From assembly GCA_049969675.1 (NCBI GenBank), contig JBMFOP010000061.1:1-18976 (forward strand): a stretch of 18,976 bases of DNA, in the 5' to 3' direction. Positions within the stretch are counted from its first letter, which is position 1. The number at the start of each line of letters is the position of its first letter. A program made the position numbers and the translations under genes. This document shows positions 16,676-18,976 of the stretch, piece by piece. The notes beneath the pieces were generated by a model. It saw nothing but the letters and a program-made list of their open reading frames with translations, did not search any database and had not been told where the DNA came from. This stretch comes from Myxococcota bacterium (lineage in GTDB: Bacteria > Myxococcota > SpSt-1050).

Positions 16676-17799
16676 GAATAGCGCTTATTAATCACCTCTA
16701 TGAGGAGAATGGCGGATATTATTCTAATCTTGTTTTAAGAAGCAAAGAAGAGAACCTGAAAGACATTATTAACACTCTAAGGGAGGGCAGGATTTTTGAC
16801 AAAATTATACTTCAGACAAATAAGAGAGAGAGATATAAAAATTTGAGAGAGATAATTGTAGAAGACACCTCAAATATTGGAAACTTCGGTGAGAGGATTG
16901 AATGGGTATTTAGTAGATTCAAAGGTTGCTCACTATTTTACACCGGAAGTGGTTCATCAGTTTTCTTAAGACCCGATGATATAAAGAGATACCTCTCTCA
17001 CCTCAAAAGAGATTCAATTATTGCAAACAACCTCTATTCTGCGGATTACTTCTTTATCTACACATCAAAGAAGCGATTAAATATCAGGGATATTAAAACC
17101 GACAATACACTCCCCAAAATACTCATAGAGAGAAATGGATTTTATGGGATTGAGATAAGAAGAGATGAGTTTTCACTATTTGATATAGATGGTCCCCTTG
17201 ACCTTCTGGCACTGAAAATTTCTGAAAAAGGCGGAGTTCATCTTAGAAAGTTTCTATCAATTACGAGGCTCTCAAATAAGAATCTCAAGAGGGCACTAAG
17301 AAATTTTACAGAACGAGATGCAGAGGTGCTCTTCTGGGGGAGGATATCAGAGTTTCTAATACAGTTTTTAAGATATAGGACTGCCTGCAGGACAAAATTT
17401 GTGGTAGAGGGAAGGGGTCTTGTCTCACAGGGCGGGAAAGGATTTTACTCTATCTTTTTTGATGCATTCAATAGAGTTAATAAAAGATTTTTATTTGAAA
17501 AACTCCCGTATTATTGTGATGCACTCTTTCTGGATTCAAGGATACTCTTTGCACACTCTCAAATTGTGGTAAATAAAGAAGATAGATATGCACTTGATAT
17601 GTTGGATTATAAAAGGATTTTTGATACAAATATTAAGAATCTATGTAAGATGGCACTCTCTTCAGAGATACCTGTCTTATTTTGCAATCATTCATTTCTA
17701 AACTCTGGAATCCCTCTTCTAATAGATTATGAATGGAGAAGAAAGGGTTACAGGACAAGTAAATTTGGTAATGGGATAATTAAGGAAATTTTTCCATAA
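16672..17799 (+). CDS. Hypothetical protein with CofC/GT-A nucleotidyltransferase-like features, about 375 aa
   Basis: Start moved to ATG 16672 (ATGA overlap with the rSAM stop). Motifs NFGERI, YTGSGS, ANNLYSAD, FDIDGPLDL (CofC/MobA-like DIDxxxDL), DSRILFAH, IPVLFCNHS. Confidence 0.6.
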   Translation: MRIALINHLYEENGGYYSNLVLRSKEENLKDIINTLREGRIFDKIILQTNKRERYKNLREIIVEDTSNIGNFGERIEWVFSRFKGCSLFYTGSGSSVFLRPDDIKRYLSHLKRDSIIANNLYSADYFFIYTSKKRLNIRDIKTDNTLPKILIERNGFYGIEIRRDEFSLFDIDGPLDLLALKISEKGGVHLRKFLSITRLSNKNLKRALRNFTERDAEVLFWGRISEFLIQFLRYRTACRTKFVVEGRGLVSQGGKGFYSIFFDAFNRVNKRFLFEKLPYYCDALFLDSRILFAHSQIVVNKEDRYALDMLDYKRIFDTNIKNLCKMALSSEIPVLFCNHSFLNSGIPLLIDYEWRRKGYRTSKFGNGIIKEIFP

Positions 17800-18829
17800 T
17801 CAATCGTCTCATCTGTTCATATATTCTTCTGGATAAAAGATTATTAGCAAAGTCTGAGAAATGTCCATGATCTCCTCTATCAAGTTTGTCAATCTGCATT
17901 CCGCACAGGACATCAGATATATCAATTACATAAAGCCCAAGTTTCCTTGAATGGCTGATGAATATTTCGGTTACCTCCCTGATAAAATCATCTGGATTAC
18001 AACTGCTCATTGATTTGAGAGTGCCCAGTACAGAGACCACAAATAGTGAATTATCTTCTCCAGCCTCTGCTGCCATCATATCAAGATATTTAAGTTGAGA
18101 TGGATGGACTATATTGTAAGAAGATTTTTCCTTTATTTTCAAGGATTCTATTACAAAAAGGAGATATCTATAAAAATATGAATTCCTTGCAAGAAATGTT
18201 TCTATATTATATGGCAATAAATTTAATAAATCTCCACTATATTTGAGAGAGGGATATGCAATGAAAAATGTCTTGCCTGAACTATCCTGCGATGGATAAT
18301 AGATTGTCTCCTCAAAATCATTTGTATGAAACAGATAAAACAATATATCAGACTGTAACTGCCTGACCTTATAGTGATAAAAAAAATAAATACTCCTCAA
18401 ATTAAATGTAGGGATCCCGGCATTCACCACCTCAAACTTCTTACCAGATATCTTTTTCAATTCAAGGTCATTATTTAGGAAGATTTCAATCTGTTTGGGT
18501 ATTGTGTTCTCAAAAACCATTCCACCAAAGACATGTGAATCACCTATTACAGAGATCCTGAATCTCCCCTCAGGTTTTGGGATCTCTATCTCTTCATTTC
18601 TCATACCTAGTTTATTGAAATAAAAATCACAATGATTCCTGCATTCTTGACTGTTTGGTATAAATTCAAACGGCAGACCCTTTAATTCTGATTCCTTTAT
18701 ATTATTAAAATATAAAGGCGCCCTTACGTTATAAGATGTAATAAATATTCTTGAAAGCAGTTCAATCAGCAAGAGCGAGGAAAATATTGCAGTAAAAAGC
18801 AAAATAAAACTTACAACCTTCCCTCTCAT
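17780..18829 (-). CDS. Membrane-anchored SGNH/GDSL hydrolase (esterase/acyltransferase)
   Basis: N-terminal TM helix; block I VIGDSHVFG, block II VNAGIP, block III HTND, block V DHGH. The 3' end overlaps the convergent gene by 20 bp. Confidence 0.88.
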   Translation of the reverse strand: MRGKVVSFILLFTAIFSSLLLIELLSRIFITSYNVRAPLYFNNIKESELKGLPFEFIPNSQECRNHCDFYFNKLGMRNEEIEIPKPEGRFRISVIGDSHVFGGMVFENTIPKQIEIFLNNDLELKKISGKKFEVVNAGIPTFNLRSIYFFYHYKVRQLQSDILFYLFHTNDFEETIYYPSQDSSGKTFFIAYPSLKYSGDLLNLLPYNIETFLARNSYFYRYLLFVIESLKIKEKSSYNIVHPSQLKYLDMMAAEAGEDNSLFVVSVLGTLKSMSSCNPDDFIREVTEIFISHSRKLGLYVIDISDVLCGMQIDKLDRGDHGHFSDFANNLLSRRIYEQMRRLIMEKFP

Positions 18830-18847
18830 TTTTTAAATAACAAGGAG

Positions 18848-18886
18848 AAAAAATAAAAGGGGTAAAACTATTCTACCCCTCTTATT
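18848..18886 (-). terminator. Rho-independent terminator right after the 16-aa peptide gene
   Basis: Minus-strand RNA AGGGGUAGAA-UAG-UUUUACCCCU (10-bp stem with one G-U pair; 18880-18858) followed by UUUAUUUUUU. Confidence 0.85.
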
Positions 18887-18889
18887 CAA

Positions 18890-18940
18890 CTACTTCTTTG
18901 GTCTTATGCCCTTGGGTCTTGGATTTGGTCTCCAGTTCAT
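18890..18940 (-). CDS. Unannotated 16-aa Arg/Pro/Lys-rich peptide MNWRPNPRPKGIRPKK
   Basis: ATG AAC TGG AGA CCA AAT CCA AGA CCC AAG GGC ATA AGA CCA AAG AAG TAG. Preceded by TAAGGAGGT (18954-18946) with a 5-nt spacer; the terminator stem starts 9 nt after the stop. Confidence 0.75.
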   Translation of the reverse strand: MNWRPNPRPKGIRPKK

Positions 18941-18976
18941 AGCAAACCTCCTTATTGATGTTTATCTCTCAAGCCA

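Noticed and set aside
18890..18940. Classical amino-acid biosynthesis attenuator leader
   Set aside because: There is no tandem run of one regulatory codon, I see no convincing antiterminator pairing by eye, and the downstream gene is not biosynthetic. Non-classical read-through control remains open.
1..18976. tRNA, rRNA, CRISPR array, intact transposase/integrase or phage genes
   Set aside because: None recognised by eye on either strand. tRNAscan-SE, Infernal and a CRISPR finder would be needed to exclude them formally.

Overview
AT-rich bacterial chromosomal segment. Its gene content (AglRQS-like TolQ/TolR/TolR trio, very Cys-rich lipoprotein, coaX next to a helical-repeat hypothetical gene) suggests a low-GC Myxococcota/deltaproteobacterial relative; this is inference. 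From left to right: (1) a truncated HI0074-type HEPN remnant; (2) a minus-strand operon of Cys-rich lipoprotein, GT-B glycosyltransferase with a long coiled coil, coaX and a helical-repeat protein; (3) an exbB/tolQ-exbD-exbD proton-channel operon with its own terminator; (4) a divergent lone hutI; (5) a GalT-family nucleotidyltransferase that looks more like ADP-glucose phosphorylase; (6) an ATGA-coupled operon of M49/DPP III peptidase, TPR lipoprotein, degenerate acyl-CoA synthetase beta-like protein and exported protein; (7) a 750-bp spacer holding a beta-propeller gene fragment; (8) a radical SAM enzyme with duplicated Cys motifs coupled to a CofC/GT-A-like protein; (9) a convergent SGNH hydrolase. 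The best lead is not in the ORF track: a 16-aa Arg/Pro-rich peptide gene, MNWRPNPRPKGIRPKK (18890..18940, minus), with a perfect Shine-Dalgarno and its own intrinsic terminator. It lies beside the SGNH, CofC-like and radical SAM genes and is a candidate RiPP precursor or ribosome-acting microprotein. All family calls come from motif recognition by eye; no searches were run.
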